Origin: a virus
Taxonomy: Duplodnaviria > Caudoviricetes
Reading direction: 5' to 3' (one strand)
Length of the DNA stretch: 64,000 bases
Virus record (IMG/VR): IMGVR_UViG_3300047481_000568
Span: 245 to 64,244 of that record
Shown: positions 1-7,756 of the stretch, one piece after another
Position numbering within the stretch: the first letter of the stretch is position 1
How the letters are laid out: each line of letters opens with the position of its first letter
Program-made: the position numbers and the translations under genes
The notes under the pieces: model-generated
Databases searched by the model: none
The model's input: only the letters and a program-made list of their open reading frames with translations
Told to the model about the DNA's origin: nothing

Positions 1-109
1 CATCCCATGTATCTTTCAATGAATTATGCCCGACTAACGCCATGACATAACCGTTGCACCATTGCGTAAGCAGTGCCAATTCCTCGTCGCTGATTTCAGC
101 AGTGGTCAT
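1..109 (-). CDS. hypothetical early protein (runs off window edge)
   Basis: ATG at 109 overlaps the stop of the upstream gene; frame MTTAEISDEELALL... is open to position 1. Confidence 0.6.
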   Translation of the reverse strand, partial: MTTAEISDEELALLTQWCNGYVMALVGHNSLKDTWD

Positions 110-447
110 TGCAAGTATGGATTGTGTCTTTCCCATTGTTCCCTCTTTCGTCGTTGATTCTGAATTGAGTCTAACCTTGCGACATCGCTTCGCAACGACA
201 TTACAAGAGTTTCTAACTCGTTCAATTCATTTCGCAGTTGTTTGACTGCTTCAAACAAGTTTTGTTTTTCGCTCGCTGGTGGATACGCCTCGGATAAGTC
301 GGTGTTCTTTTCTTTGATTGAATCCAACATTATTTCTAATGCATACCGTGACATGGTTACCGACTGCTCGGACGCTGGTGTCCAAGCAAACAAGATTCCC
401 AACTCATCTTGAATCTCATCCATTAGTTCATTTAGTGTTTTTGGCAT
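106..447 (-). CDS. hypothetical coiled-coil protein
   Basis: ORF track 106..465; start refined to MPKTL, preceded by GAGAGGGA. Confidence 0.7.
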   Translation of the reverse strand: MPKTLNELMDEIQDELGILFAWTPASEQSVTMSRYALEIMLDSIKEKNTDLSEAYPPASEKQNLFEAVKQLRNELNELETLVMSLRSDVARLDSIQNQRRKREQWERHNPYLQ

Positions 448-574
448 TGCGTTCCCTCTCTGCATCTTGTTTGATTAATTCATTCCATTCAAGCATTGCT
501 TCAATCTCGTAACCAATCCATGCGAACATGGGCAGAATCACTAAGGGTGAAAGCATGATTAAAATGTTAAGCAT
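428..574 (-). CDS. small membrane protein (48 aa)
   Basis: Read by hand: MLNILIMLSPLVILPMFAWIGY...; fills the gap between neighbours with overlapping start/stop. Confidence 0.6.
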   Translation of the reverse strand: MLNILIMLSPLVILPMFAWIGYEIEAMLEWNELIKQDAERERNAKNTK

Positions 575-887
575 CTTTACCCCATTTATTCGTTATTTCG
601 TAATTGTTTGAGGACAGCGAAACAACTATTGATTTGTTATCTACAGTTATGTTTTCATTTACTTTTACAACATTGTCAAGTACATCAGTTAAGCAAATAC
701 TCATTTCAGCAAGTTTTTCTTGCATCAAAATAATTTCCCAAGGTGTAAGTGGTTCACCACTAAACACATCTTTAGTAAAATCGTTGATGTACCTTCTGAA
801 CCCAACAAACAGAACTTGTAGTTCTGTCATTTGAATGTCGCTCAAAGTATCCACATTGGCGTATTTGTATTTCTTTTTCTTTAACAT
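567..887 (-). CDS. hypothetical protein
   Basis: ORF track; start coupled to upstream stop. Confidence 0.7.
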   Translation of the reverse strand: MLKKKKYKYANVDTLSDIQMTELQVLFVGFRRYINDFTKDVFSGEPLTPWEIILMQEKLAEMSICLTDVLDNVVKVNENITVDNKSIVVSLSSNNYEITNKWGKDA

Positions 888-1114
888 TACAACACTTCCT
901 CCATGTCCGTTGCAGTTTCTTCCATAATTTCGCTTTCTACCTCTTCTGCGTAATCGTTCTTAAAGTCGCAGTTGTTATTTGCCCATGTGTATTTTTCATC
1001 CACCGACCAGTCTTTCCATTCAGTTGGGTAGGTCAGACCTTCAGGCATTATGTAATTCTTGTAGCGAACAAATGTTATTTTGCAAACTTCCTCTACCGTA
1101 AAGGAAAGCCTCAT
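887..1114 (-). CDS. hypothetical protein
   Basis: ORF track; ATGA overlap with upstream gene. Confidence 0.7.
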   Translation of the reverse strand: MRLSFTVEEVCKITFVRYKNYIMPEGLTYPTEWKDWSVDEKYTWANNNCDFKNDYAEEVESEIMEETATDMEEVL

Positions 1115-1353
1115 AGTGCCTCTTTCTTCTCTAACTGGGCATAATACTTTTTTGCTTCTTCAATTAAGTTTGTTCCATTTGCAAGGTCTAACGAACCCAG
1201 CAAACCTTCTTCTGCCAAGTTGGGCAATTCGTCACCAGTTTCTTGAATGCGTTCGTCAATCCACATATCAAGCAACTCGTGTGCTTTCAAGTGCATTGCC
1301 ATGTCTCTGTCGTTGTCTGACAGTGTGTAAAAGTATTCCAAGTATTCCGTCAT
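1111..1353 (-). CDS. hypothetical protein
   Basis: ORF track; ATGA overlap, GAGGAGG RBS. Confidence 0.75.
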   Translation of the reverse strand: MTEYLEYFYTLSDNDRDMAMHLKAHELLDMWIDERIQETGDELPNLAEEGLLGSLDLANGTNLIEEAKKYYAQLEKKEAL

Positions 1354-1607
1354 GATGCTTCCTCCTCGTCACCAATCTCATTCCATGCTTGAACAATGTG
1401 TGTAACTAAATCCAAGCATTCGCCGTCGGTGTAAATCTCACCATTTGCAAAGCACGCACCGATCACCATGTCAAGTGCAGTTCCGTCTTTACCTTCACCA
1501 TCAGCGATTGCTTGTTCCAGTGCTCTTTTTATTGCTATTTTCAGTAAGTCTGAACTTGCATAACCCATCGTGTTAAAAAACGGTGAGTATTTGTTTGGTT
1601 GTTCCAT
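1350..1607 (-). CDS. hypothetical protein
   Basis: ORF track; AAGGAGG RBS. Confidence 0.8.
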   Translation of the reverse strand: MEQPNKYSPFFNTMGYASSDLLKIAIKRALEQAIADGEGKDGTALDMVIGACFANGEIYTDGECLDLVTHIVQAWNEIGDEEEAS

Positions 1608-1625
1608 TGTTTCCTCCTTGACAAC

Positions 1626-1656
1626 AGATTAGTTGGTGAGTGTTGCAGATTGCAAC
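1626..1656 (-). promoter_or_regulatory. sigma70-type early promoter with overlapping inverted repeat
   Basis: TTGCAA-N18-TAATCT; inverted repeat GTTGCA-N3-TGCAAC at 1642-1656 covers the -35 box. Confidence 0.55.
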
Positions 1657-1677
1657 CCGACATTACAAAAGTTTTTC

Positions 1678-1734
1678 AATAAAAAAAGCCTGTTTGCTAC
1701 TAGCCCTGCACGGCGTTCACAAACAGGCTTCTTT
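1678..1734 (-). terminator. intrinsic terminator
   Basis: 11-bp stem AAGCCTGTTTG/CAAACAGGCTT followed by a T run on the minus strand. Confidence 0.7.
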
Positions 1735-1735
1735 T

Positions 1736-1770
1736 CGGGCAACCCTGAAGGAGGGTAAAGGGTTACCTCG
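1736..1770 (-). ncRNA. 3'-UTR hairpin with anti-Shine-Dalgarno loop (candidate regulatory RNA)
   Basis: Stem GGTAACCCT/AGGGTTGCC (one U-G pair favours the minus strand), loop TTACCCTCCTTC. Confidence 0.4.
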
Positions 1771-1773
1771 GTC

Positions 1774-2013
1774 TTACCACTTAGATGCTAAGTAGTTGTA
1801 AGTCTCTTTGCTCACCGTGTCGTGGTGAAACGGGTCATGCATTGTTCCTCTAATCATTTCTGTTAAATCAGGTCGGACACTTGCGAGCACATTAAAAAAT
1901 ACTTGACCGTACCTCCAGCCAGTGTCGGTGTTAGCACCTAACTGGTTGTTGTACTTCGTTACCATCTCAAGAAACTCGTCGTAAGTTTTACTGGTCTTCG
2001 TCTTCATACTCAT
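1774..2013 (-). CDS. hypothetical protein (WRYGQ...DPF motif, common in phages)
   Basis: ORF track. Confidence 0.75.
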   Translation of the reverse strand: MSMKTKTSKTYDEFLEMVTKYNNQLGANTDTGWRYGQVFFNVLASVRPDLTEMIRGTMHDPFHHDTVSKETYNYLASKW

Positions 2014-2287
2014 CTTCCATCAAAAAACCTTCCAAATGAAATGCTTCAATTACAGTCCATGCATCAACCAAAGTTTGGTCACCTTTGTAAAACATTCCTT
2101 CAGGTAATTGCAGCATGATTTTTTCGTTTTCGTCTGTTTGCATTTTGCAAGCACGAATTGCTTCAACACACATTGGAACATACGCTTCAGGCAACGGTGG
2201 ATAACAATTTGCAGACAAGTGCCAACGAACAACTTGTTCAATATCGTCAGTTGCATCCAACATTCCAAGCAATGACATCAATCCCAT
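1988..2287 (-). CDS. hypothetical protein
   Basis: ORF track; AAGAAGGAA RBS. Confidence 0.75.
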   Translation of the reverse strand: MGLMSLLGMLDATDDIEQVVRWHLSANCYPPLPEAYVPMCVEAIRACKMQTDENEKIMLQLPEGMFYKGDQTLVDAWTVIEAFHLEGFLMEDEYEDEDQ

Positions 2288-2370
2288 TAGTTTCCTTCTT
2301 TCTTTTTAAGTAAGTAAGCCAATCCCCAGTACATGAGGATGAGCCAAAACAACAATGACCGAACAATCAT
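2287..2370 (-). CDS. 27-aa single-TM peptide
   Basis: Read by hand: MIVRSLLFWLILMYWGLAYLLKKKEGN; ATGA and TAATG coupling on both sides. Confidence 0.55.
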   Translation of the reverse strand: MIVRSLLFWLILMYWGLAYLLKKKEGN

Positions 2371-2576
2371 TGTTGCGTCGGGCAATCGTCGTACTGGCGT
2401 TCACCGTCTTCACACCCACACCAGTTGAATATCTCTACTTGTGTGAAATGTGTTAATTGTGCAAACACGCCCATTGGGTAACTCAACTGTGATGGGTCAT
2501 TGGCACAATCTGTACACACACCATTATCTGTGTGTGGGCAGAAACCCTGAGCAATTATTTCTTTTGTAGTAATCAT
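2367..2576 (-). CDS. small Cys-rich hypothetical protein
   Basis: ORF track; CPH, CxxC, CxC motifs. Confidence 0.7.
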   Translation of the reverse strand: MITTKEIIAQGFCPHTDNGVCTDCANDPSQLSYPMGVFAQLTHFTQVEIFNWCGCEDGERQYDDCPTQQ

Positions 2577-2821
2577 TCTTCCTCCTCATTCATTTGTATA
2601 AGAGTTTCCATTACTTCCCAGCCAAGTTCTACTGAACGGTCATGCAATCCCTTTGCAATCATGTCCAACATTACAAGACTTTCTTCTTGAGATAGTTCGG
2701 GGCGAAGCGTTTGGACATCTTCCCATGACCATTTGATTACAACCTTGTCGTAATCTTCGTGGTAAACGATAGGTGAGTTAATCAGTTGGATATGGGTATC
2801 GCCTGTGTTCTTTTTTCTCAT
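2573..2821 (-). CDS. hypothetical protein
   Basis: ORF track; GAGGAGG RBS, ATGA overlap. Confidence 0.75.
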   Translation of the reverse strand: MRKKNTGDTHIQLINSPIVYHEDYDKVVIKWSWEDVQTLRPELSQEESLVMLDMIAKGLHDRSVELGWEVMETLIQMNEEEE

Positions 2822-3105
2822 GAGATATCACCTCCTCGTGCCTCATATGCCTCAACTGCGTCGGTCAATGTCTTTCGGTAGTCACCATGCTCTGCATGAA
2901 AGCCTTCAGGTCGTGCAATGACATTCCAAACCACATATGGATGAATCGGGTTAGACCCATCAAAACAGATTGCAAGCCAACTGGCGAAACAATCGCCAAC
3001 TACCCTGTCAAACCTTTTTTGACATTTGATGACAACAGCAGTTGTATTGACAACAGTTCCCTCTGTCACCTCATTCATTGTTTTGTCTAAATTAATAACT
3101 TGCAT
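2818..3105 (-). CDS. hypothetical protein
   Basis: ORF track; GAGGAAG RBS. Confidence 0.75.
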   Translation of the reverse strand: MQVINLDKTMNEVTEGTVVNTTAVVIKCQKRFDRVVGDCFASWLAICFDGSNPIHPYVVWNVIARPEGFHAEHGDYRKTLTDAVEAYEARGGDIS

Positions 3106-3433
3106 TTTCTTCCTCCTTTTGTCCCATGCTTCTTTGTTTATTCCATTGTGATTGATTATAAGCCTTGTTCAGTTTAGAAATCACATTTGTTTGAATAAAC
3201 ATCAAACGACCAGTTTTTAGTTTGCGTAAATGTCCGTACCGAATAAGTGAAGCAACTGCTCGCTTCACATCCGATGGTTTGTACATCTTCAAACAAAAAA
3301 CAAGATACTCGTTCACAGAAAATGTGCCGTCACCAATGCGTGACTTAAACATTGCGTAATTCAACACTTTGTAACTCACGCTGTTGTATCGCACATGATC
3401 TCGGATAATTATTTTCACAGTATGTTGTTCCAA
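3092..3433 (-). CDS. basic protein, possible winged helix
   Basis: ORF track; SDVKRAVASLIRYGHL resembles a wHTH recognition helix. Confidence 0.55.
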   Translation of the reverse strand: MEQHTVKIIIRDHVRYNSVSYKVLNYAMFKSRIGDGTFSVNEYLVFCLKMYKPSDVKRAVASLIRYGHLRKLKTGRLMFIQTNVISKLNKAYNQSQWNKQRSMGQKEEENASY

Positions 3434-3642
3434 TACATAAGTGTGTCATCTGAAACAGGTTTGACTGGTGCTTCGGCTTCTTCAACATCCCAAGGATAAT
3501 CCCAATCCAAAACTTGGATGTCAATTACCTTGCTACGGTCATAGGACTCATTGCCTAAGTCTCGTGCTTCTTCCAGCGTTTCTGCTTCAATGACATAACA
3601 CATTGCGACTTCTATTGTTTGGTGAACTATAAATTGCTTCAT
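3415..3642 (-). CDS. hypothetical protein (IEAETLEEA motif)
   Basis: Start refined to MKQFI after AAGGAGGAAACAAA. Confidence 0.75.
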   Translation of the reverse strand: MKQFIVHQTIEVAMCYVIEAETLEEARDLGNESYDRSKVIDIQVLDWDYPWDVEEAEAPVKPVSDDTLMYWNNIL

Positions 3643-4043
3643 TTTGTTTCCTCCTTGTGACACAACGATACCAAATCTAGAAATGCAACTGCCGTGTCTT
3701 TGGCTGATGATGTATGTTTCTCATCAGGGTAAGCAAGGCTGGTTGCTTTCTCAAACTCTTTTTCAAATGGGCTGTGAAACTCGTCTTTCTTTATTCCATA
3801 ATAACGATTGCATCCACCGTTGCCTTCATTCTCAACGAACATGACTGGTTTGCCATCTTTGTACAGTTTGGCTTCCCAGTGGTTGCCTCTGCGATGGTTG
3901 CGGGAATGAGTGATTACAAGTGCGTAGGGTTTTAGTGGTGTTAAGTTTGTTGGAACACACCAGTTTGACCACACATCGTTATTCAACCGTGTTTGTATTT
4001 CTTCTGTTGGTGTTACTAACTGCTTCTTTGTTTTTGTTGTCAT
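3639..4043 (-). CDS. hypothetical protein (VENEGNGG motif)
   Basis: Start refined to MTTKTK after GAGGAGGAAACAAA. Confidence 0.8.
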   Translation of the reverse strand: MTTKTKKQLVTPTEEIQTRLNNDVWSNWCVPTNLTPLKPYALVITHSRNHRRGNHWEAKLYKDGKPVMFVENEGNGGCNRYYGIKKDEFHSPFEKEFEKATSLAYPDEKHTSSAKDTAVAFLDLVSLCHKEETK

Positions 4044-4063
4044 TTTGTTTCCTCCTCGTAATG

Positions 4064-4092
4064 ACATTACACAACTATTTCTTCTTTGACAA
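4064..4092 (-). promoter_or_regulatory. sigma70-type early promoter
   Basis: TTGTCA-N17-TAATGT directly ahead of the RBS; near-duplicate at 4872-4900. Confidence 0.75.
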
Positions 4093-4097
4093 CCTGA

Positions 4098-4421
4098 CTA
4101 CTGAATAAAATCCAAATCAATGGAATAAAGATGGACAAGTTCGCCATCTTTGGTTTGCATGGCGTAGTAAGCACCATCATCGTCTTGCTCACCAAGTTCG
4201 TTTACACAATGAACAAACTCCATGTCTGCAACTTCTTCTGCATCATAAAAGTTGTCATTGTTGTTGGCTGGAATCTTCAAACCTTCTGCTACTAAATCAC
4301 AACGCATTCTTACTAACATCTTTTCCTTCTTTCTAATAAAACGACCCTGTTCTAGGGTTTCTTTATTTAATAATTTAAACATATTTACCGACCCCATCAA
4401 AGAATCTGCACCAACGCTCAT
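4098..4421 (-). CDS. hypothetical protein
   Basis: ORF track; GGAGG RBS, ATGA overlap. Confidence 0.7.
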   Translation of the reverse strand: MSVGADSLMGSVNMFKLLNKETLEQGRFIRKKEKMLVRMRCDLVAEGLKIPANNNDNFYDAEEVADMEFVHCVNELGEQDDDGAYYAMQTKDGELVHLYSIDLDFIQ

Positions 4422-4672
4422 GCTGTTTCCTCCACTAGTTCGTAAGACACGATAACAAAGTCTTCAACAAAATCTTGGCTGTAAAGTTGTTCTAACTCGT
4501 TTATGTCTTTGCAATAAAAGAACACACCTTCGTCAATGCGACGCTCTTCTTCTGTAAAGTTGTCTTCATCTACCCACTCAGCAAACTTGATGAAGGCATT
4601 GAATGCTTTATCAAGTGATTCATCAGCGTAGTAAACGCAACAGTTTGCACCAATGTATTTGGTCTCGTTCAT
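4418..4672 (-). CDS. hypothetical acidic protein
   Basis: ORF track; GAGGG RBS. Confidence 0.75.
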   Translation of the reverse strand: MNETKYIGANCCVYYADESLDKAFNAFIKFAEWVDEDNFTEEERRIDEGVFFYCKDINELEQLYSQDFVEDFVIVSYELVEETA

Positions 4673-4674
4673 TG

Positions 4675-4851
4675 TTATCCCTCTAAAGCGTTTATTTCGT
4701 TTGAAATGTCTTCCATGTCAAACCCGTAGTGCTCGTTCAACAATTCTATTGCAACGGCTGTTGCCTGCTCTTCGTCTTTTGCTGAAACAGTTGTTTGCAA
4801 AGTAAAGTAGTCACCTGCGAACTCTACTGTCCATATATTTTTTCTTCCCAT
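4675..4851 (-). CDS. hypothetical protein (58 aa)
   Basis: Start refined to MGRKNIW after AAGGAGGAAACAAG; the longer track ORF overlaps whiB. Confidence 0.75.
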   Translation of the reverse strand: MGRKNIWTVEFAGDYFTLQTTVSAKDEEQATAVAIELLNEHYGFDMEDISNEINALEG

Positions 4852-4871
4852 CTTGTTTCCTCCTTGTATTG

Positions 4872-4900
4872 ACATTACAGAACTATTTTGCGTTTGACAA
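4872..4900 (-). promoter_or_regulatory. sigma70-type early promoter
   Basis: TTGTCA-N17-TAATGT, overlapping the 3' end of whiB. Confidence 0.75.
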
Positions 4901-5164
4901 CCTCTGTTGTCGTTTAATTTTTGCTCGTTGTTTTTGGGTCGTTCCTCCCCATACACCAACGCAGTTGTTGTCCAATGCGTATTCAAGGCAAGCCTTTTTG
5001 ACCACGCAAGTCTCACAGAACCATAACGCTCGTTCAGTGGATTGACCTTTCTTGATGACGAACACATCTTTAGGCACATCTCTACAATTTGCCCACTTCC
5101 TCCACACTGGGTTTTGTTTCTCAATCACTGGATTTAAAAACCAATCAAGAGTTGTAGCAGTCAT
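4883..5164 (-). CDS. whiB: WhiB family Fe-S transcription factor
   Basis: W..ANC...C..C.V...C plus GVWGG turn motif and basic C-terminus. Confidence 0.92.
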   Translation of the reverse strand: MTATTLDWFLNPVIEKQNPVWRKWANCRDVPKDVFVIKKGQSTERALWFCETCVVKKACLEYALDNNCVGVWGGTTQKQRAKIKRQQRLSNAK

Positions 5165-5488
5165 TTAATCCTCCTCAATTTCGTTGATGAACATAAAACA
5201 CGCACCGTCATCATCCGTTGCTCTAAAAGAACAACCAATAGGTGCGATGGCATCCATTGCGTCAAAAAGTTCTGTAAGCATTTGGTTCACATCATCAGGG
5301 TCGGCATTGTCCCAGTCTTCTGTGAAAATGTCTTCCCATGTGTTATAAAAATCTTGGGCAAAGTTTGTGTTGGTTTCGTACAAAACTTTAAACAAATTAT
5401 TCGTCAAATCCTGTGGTCGCAAAGTTCCTTCAGAAACTATTACGCCCTTCCAATCGTCGCCTAGTTGGTTAAGTTGAAATAATGTCAT
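5165..5488 (-). CDS. hypothetical protein (SEGTLRPQDL motif)
   Basis: ORF track; GGAGG RBS. Confidence 0.75.
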   Translation of the reverse strand: MTLFQLNQLGDDWKGVIVSEGTLRPQDLTNNLFKVLYETNTNFAQDFYNTWEDIFTEDWDNADPDDVNQMLTELFDAMDAIAPIGCSFRATDDDGACFMFINEIEED

Positions 5489-6048
5489 CGGAGTGCCTCC
5501 TGTAATTCTTCATAATCAGAATCTAACCACTCTTTGAACAACTCAACATCTTCTGTTTTAACTGCAACAGTCATTGCAGTACTGAACACATTGCTTGTGC
5601 GATCAGCAATTAACGCCACCGAACATGGAACTGTTATTTTCATGTCGCATAAATCTTGACACCATTGATTGAACTTCTGTTTTCGCCTTGCAGTCTCATC
5701 ACTCCAACCACCAGTTGTCCAACCATCCATCACCATGTCCCACCCTTTGAGTTTTGTTTCGGTGTATCCTCGCCAAGCATCTGTTGAAACCCAACTGTGC
5801 GAAACCCATTCAGGGTCAATGGTGTCATCGTATGCCAAATCATCACCGTATTCTGTCATGCGAATATGTTTGCCGATGTAGTACAGGCGAACACCGTTCA
5901 AGGTGATAATTCGCAAAGTTGATGCGTACTGCATATCGGATTCTTCACACAAACGACACAACGGTGCTTCTTGTGAATGACTCCAACCAATATCGTCTGA
6001 CGGATACTTTTCGTTGCAGTCGCAACAAGTCTCTAAGTTGTCTTCCAT
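5485..6048 (-). CDS. hypothetical protein with N-terminal zinc finger
   Basis: CxxC...CxxC; AAGGAGG RBS. Confidence 0.8.
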   Translation of the reverse strand: MEDNLETCCDCNEKYPSDDIGWSHSQEAPLCRLCEESDMQYASTLRIITLNGVRLYYIGKHIRMTEYGDDLAYDDTIDPEWVSHSWVSTDAWRGYTETKLKGWDMVMDGWTTGGWSDETARRKQKFNQWCQDLCDMKITVPCSVALIADRTSNVFSTAMTVAVKTEDVELFKEWLDSDYEELQEALR

Positions 6049-6057
6049 AACTCCTCC

Positions 6058-6204
6058 TTAACTTTTTAAGTTTGCAATTAAATCTTTTAGTTGGTTCTCA
6101 TTAACCAGCGTAGAGAGAACACCAATCAATGCTTCTACGGCGTTGTCACCAAAACGATTACGGACAACTGTGTTTAGTTCGTTGAGTAGTTCTGCTTCGC
6201 TCAT
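6058..6204 (-). CDS. hypothetical protein (48 aa)
   Basis: Read by hand: MSEAELLNELNTVVRNRFGD...; ATGA overlap with upstream gene. Confidence 0.65.
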   Translation of the reverse strand: MSEAELLNELNTVVRNRFGDNAVEALIGVLSTLVNENQLKDLIANLKS

Positions 6205-6491
6205 ACGCCCTCTTCATACTTCTCGTAAGGGACAACCATTTCCCAATCAGACCACGGTTCTTCGGTAACGAAATAACCAATGCGATTAACACGGTTGCGA
6301 CCAGCAACTATGTATGTACCATCTGCACCATCTACCCAAGTCCAAACATGGTTATGGGGTTGCATATAAACAAACTCAACTTCTTGCCCATAAGTTTCAA
6401 ACAGGGTTGTTTCATCTTCAGATATGAAGTGGTTGGTTATTGGCTTGTACCATTTTTCCCACACTTCAACTTCATCACAAATTGTTGTCAT
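6201..6491 (-). CDS. hypothetical protein (VWTWVD...NRIGYFVT motif, common in phages)
   Basis: Start refined to MTTICD after AGAAGGAGG. Confidence 0.8.
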   Translation of the reverse strand: MTTICDEVEVWEKWYKPITNHFISEDETTLFETYGQEVEFVYMQPHNHVWTWVDGADGTYIVAGRNRVNRIGYFVTEEPWSDWEMVVPYEKYEEGV

Positions 6492-6519
6492 TGTGTACCT
6501 CCTTCTATAGGTAGTTATG

Positions 6520-6548
6520 ACATTACAGGTCGGTGACCTCTTTTGCAA
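6520..6548 (-). promoter_or_regulatory. sigma70-type early promoter
   Basis: TTGCAA-N17-TAATGT; the TAA of the -10 box is also the stop codon of the upstream gene. Confidence 0.7.
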
Positions 6549-6693
6549 CTTTCTTTTTAGAAGTTTCTACTAAAGGTTTCCAGTTGGATTGATGGCTACT
6601 GTTACCGCATCTATGCATTGGTGGTTCGGACAGTTTTACAAATACGGTCAAAACCTCGTCACAGTCGGGGCAGTTGTAGTTAATTGTCGGCAT
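6523..6693 (-). CDS. small zinc-ribbon protein (56 aa)
   Basis: Read by hand: MPTINYNCPDCDE...HRC; AGGAG RBS. Confidence 0.7.
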   Translation of the reverse strand: MPTINYNCPDCDEVLTVFVKLSEPPMHRCGNSSHQSNWKPLVETSKKKVAKEVTDL

Positions 6694-6705
6694 TTCACTC
6701 CTGAG

Positions 6706-7257
6706 TTATTTGCAGGATGTCGCCCATGCGTACCAGCCACATCCATGTTTATCTTGTCCATACTTCCACACTTCTAGGGCAGAAAGCAAGTTTAAATATG
6801 GGTCATATAAATCGCGTATGTTATTTACCGCGTTTTGGCTCTGTAGGTAACCTTTGGGGTAATATGTCGTGGACTTGACCCAAAAGGCATTTAATTGGGT
6901 TAGACCCAATGAGCCTTTGATGCCATCTACCGTGTTTGGGTCATCACTGTTTAGGGCTTTAGGCAAACACCTACTTTCTCGGAACATAATCATGTCCAAA
7001 GTCGGTAGTTCTTTGACTGCCCAACCAGCATCTACGGCTGTTTCCCACCACTGTGGGCATTTAGCGTCTGGAGGTATTACTAACCTTTTTTTAGCGGGGA
7101 CTATTGCCAGTGAAGCCATTGGTGGCTCAACCATTACATAACTTTTTGTTTCGGGTGCTTTCTGTGTACTAATTTCTTTTGGGGTCGTTATGCCTATGAC
7201 AATCGCTGTAAGCAAATTTGAAAGAGCCATAAAGACTACGAAAGGAACTTTGAACAT
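6706..7257 (-). CDS. membrane-anchored or secreted lytic transglycosylase (SLT/lysozyme-like fold)
   Basis: Hydrophobic N-terminus; IMFRESR (catalytic Glu), GLTQLN, DPYLNL, GWYAW motifs. Confidence 0.8.
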   Translation of the reverse strand: MFKVPFVVFMALSNLLTAIVIGITTPKEISTQKAPETKSYVMVEPPMASLAIVPAKKRLVIPPDAKCPQWWETAVDAGWAVKELPTLDMIMFRESRCLPKALNSDDPNTVDGIKGSLGLTQLNAFWVKSTTYYPKGYLQSQNAVNNIRDLYDPYLNLLSALEVWKYGQDKHGCGWYAWATSCK

Positions 7258-7278
7258 TCATCATCCTTTGGTCGGTTA

Positions 7279-7309
7279 ATAAAAAAGACCCTACAAATTA
7301 CATAGGGTC
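7279..7309 (-). terminator. intrinsic terminator
   Basis: GACCCTA...TAGGGTC stem followed by TTTTTTATT on the minus strand. Confidence 0.7.
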
Positions 7310-7330
7310 GTGCCTGCTAAAGGCTTACTA

Positions 7331-7756
7331 CTAGTTTACCCCATCAAGGTGGTTAAACAACCTGCTATGAACATTTTCAATGTCCGTCAAACCCTTGCCC
7401 ACTTTGGGATACAGAGATTTATCTAATTTTTTATTAAAAACTTTTTCATGATTTGAGACACAATCAACACAACGGCAACTTTGCCTAAATCGTGCAACAG
7501 TGCCATGACGGGCAAGATACTTGTCCGTTTTGTTTAAATAGGATGATCGCTCTTGTGGTGTTAAGCCACCCCACATTCCGTAAGTTTCTTTTGCGCCTGC
7601 TTTTAAGCACTCTTTCCATACCGGACATGATGCACAAACCGTTACGGCAACGTCGTAATAAACCTGATGATTCTCATGCTCAACTGGTGGGAACCACAAG
7701 TCCCCGTGTAAGCCTCTGCATTGCGCTTTAGATATCCAATTAGGAGTTTCCATCAA
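7331..7756 (-). CDS. whiB: WhiB family transcription factor with C-terminal HGT...CRC..C extension
   Basis: W..KAQC, WFP, C..C.V...C, GMWGG motifs. Confidence 0.92.
   Translation of the reverse strand: MMETPNWISKAQCRGLHGDLWFPPVEHENHQVYYDVAVTVCASCPVWKECLKAGAKETYGMWGGLTPQERSSYLNKTDKYLARHGTVARFRQSCRCVDCVSNHEKVFNKKLDKSLYPKVGKGLTDIENVHSRLFNHLDGVN

Noticed and set aside
4852-5124. Long N-terminal extension of ORF 4675..5124
   Set aside because: Overlaps whiB in another frame; promoter and strong RBS point to ATG 4851
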